Below are positions 63,647 to 64,000 of a DNA stretch of 64,000 nucleotides, one piece after another. The notes below the pieces were generated by a model. It was not told where the DNA came from. It searched no databases and was given only the letters and a program-made list of their open reading frames with translations. This DNA is from Rhina ancylostomus. Taxonomy: Eukaryota. The stretch lies in NCBI GenBank assembly GCA_030265395.1, contig JARFYF010000054.1:22692297-22756296 (forward strand), written 5' to 3'. Position numbers and translations under genes: made by a program. Numbering within the stretch: position 1 is the stretch's first letter; every line of letters starts with the position of its first letter.

Positions 63647-64000
63647 TGGTGGTTGATACACCTCCACAAAGAATGTAAATTTGCCAAATAATTAATGCCT
63701 TTCTTCTTTCTCTAATTCAAGTTCCATTAAGAAAATCTGGAGCTTTCACCATCATCGCACTGATGGACTTTTCTAATTTGCAGTGGCTTTTGCAAGTCTT
63801 CATGTAATTACATTCATCACATATCAGCTGGATTCTGAATCACTTTCACAAGCTTCTCATCAACACTCTTTTGATGAGTTCTTTCCTGCAAGTGTTGTTC
63901 AGTGGCAAATAATATGTGCAATGCAACTTCTGGGAAATAAGAGGAGACTTCGTTTATTTTTCTTGCAATGGTGGCAATCAGTTTTATTCTACAGTATCAG

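Overview
Vertebrate nuclear DNA: AT-rich, CpG-depleted, with about a dozen N-gaps. The repeat content identifies a cartilaginous fish, most likely a ray (batoid): HER1/CR1 LINE fragments, HE1-type V-SINEs, Deu-domain SacSINE1-like SINEs, a 52-bp chondrichthyan minisatellite and Penelope-derived elements. I could not support any host protein-coding exon. The window looks like a large intron or gene desert in which repeat-free blocks resembling conserved non-coding elements alternate with nested transposon fossils. Most notable: (1) about 11 copies of a short Penelope-derived element, several of them palindromic, carrying a minimal hammerhead-ribozyme motif, with a shared non-canonical core (CUGAUGCA) in the better-preserved copies; (2) several clean local templated-insertion or fold-back scars (a ~105-bp and a 55-bp inverted duplication, a 25-bp direct duplication, chained hairpins); (3) fossil Harbinger and Penelope coding remnants; (4) a repeat-free block whose translation resembles a WD40 repeat with an in-frame stop. 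All family assignments come from recalled consensus motifs, not searches, and repeat boundaries are approximate.
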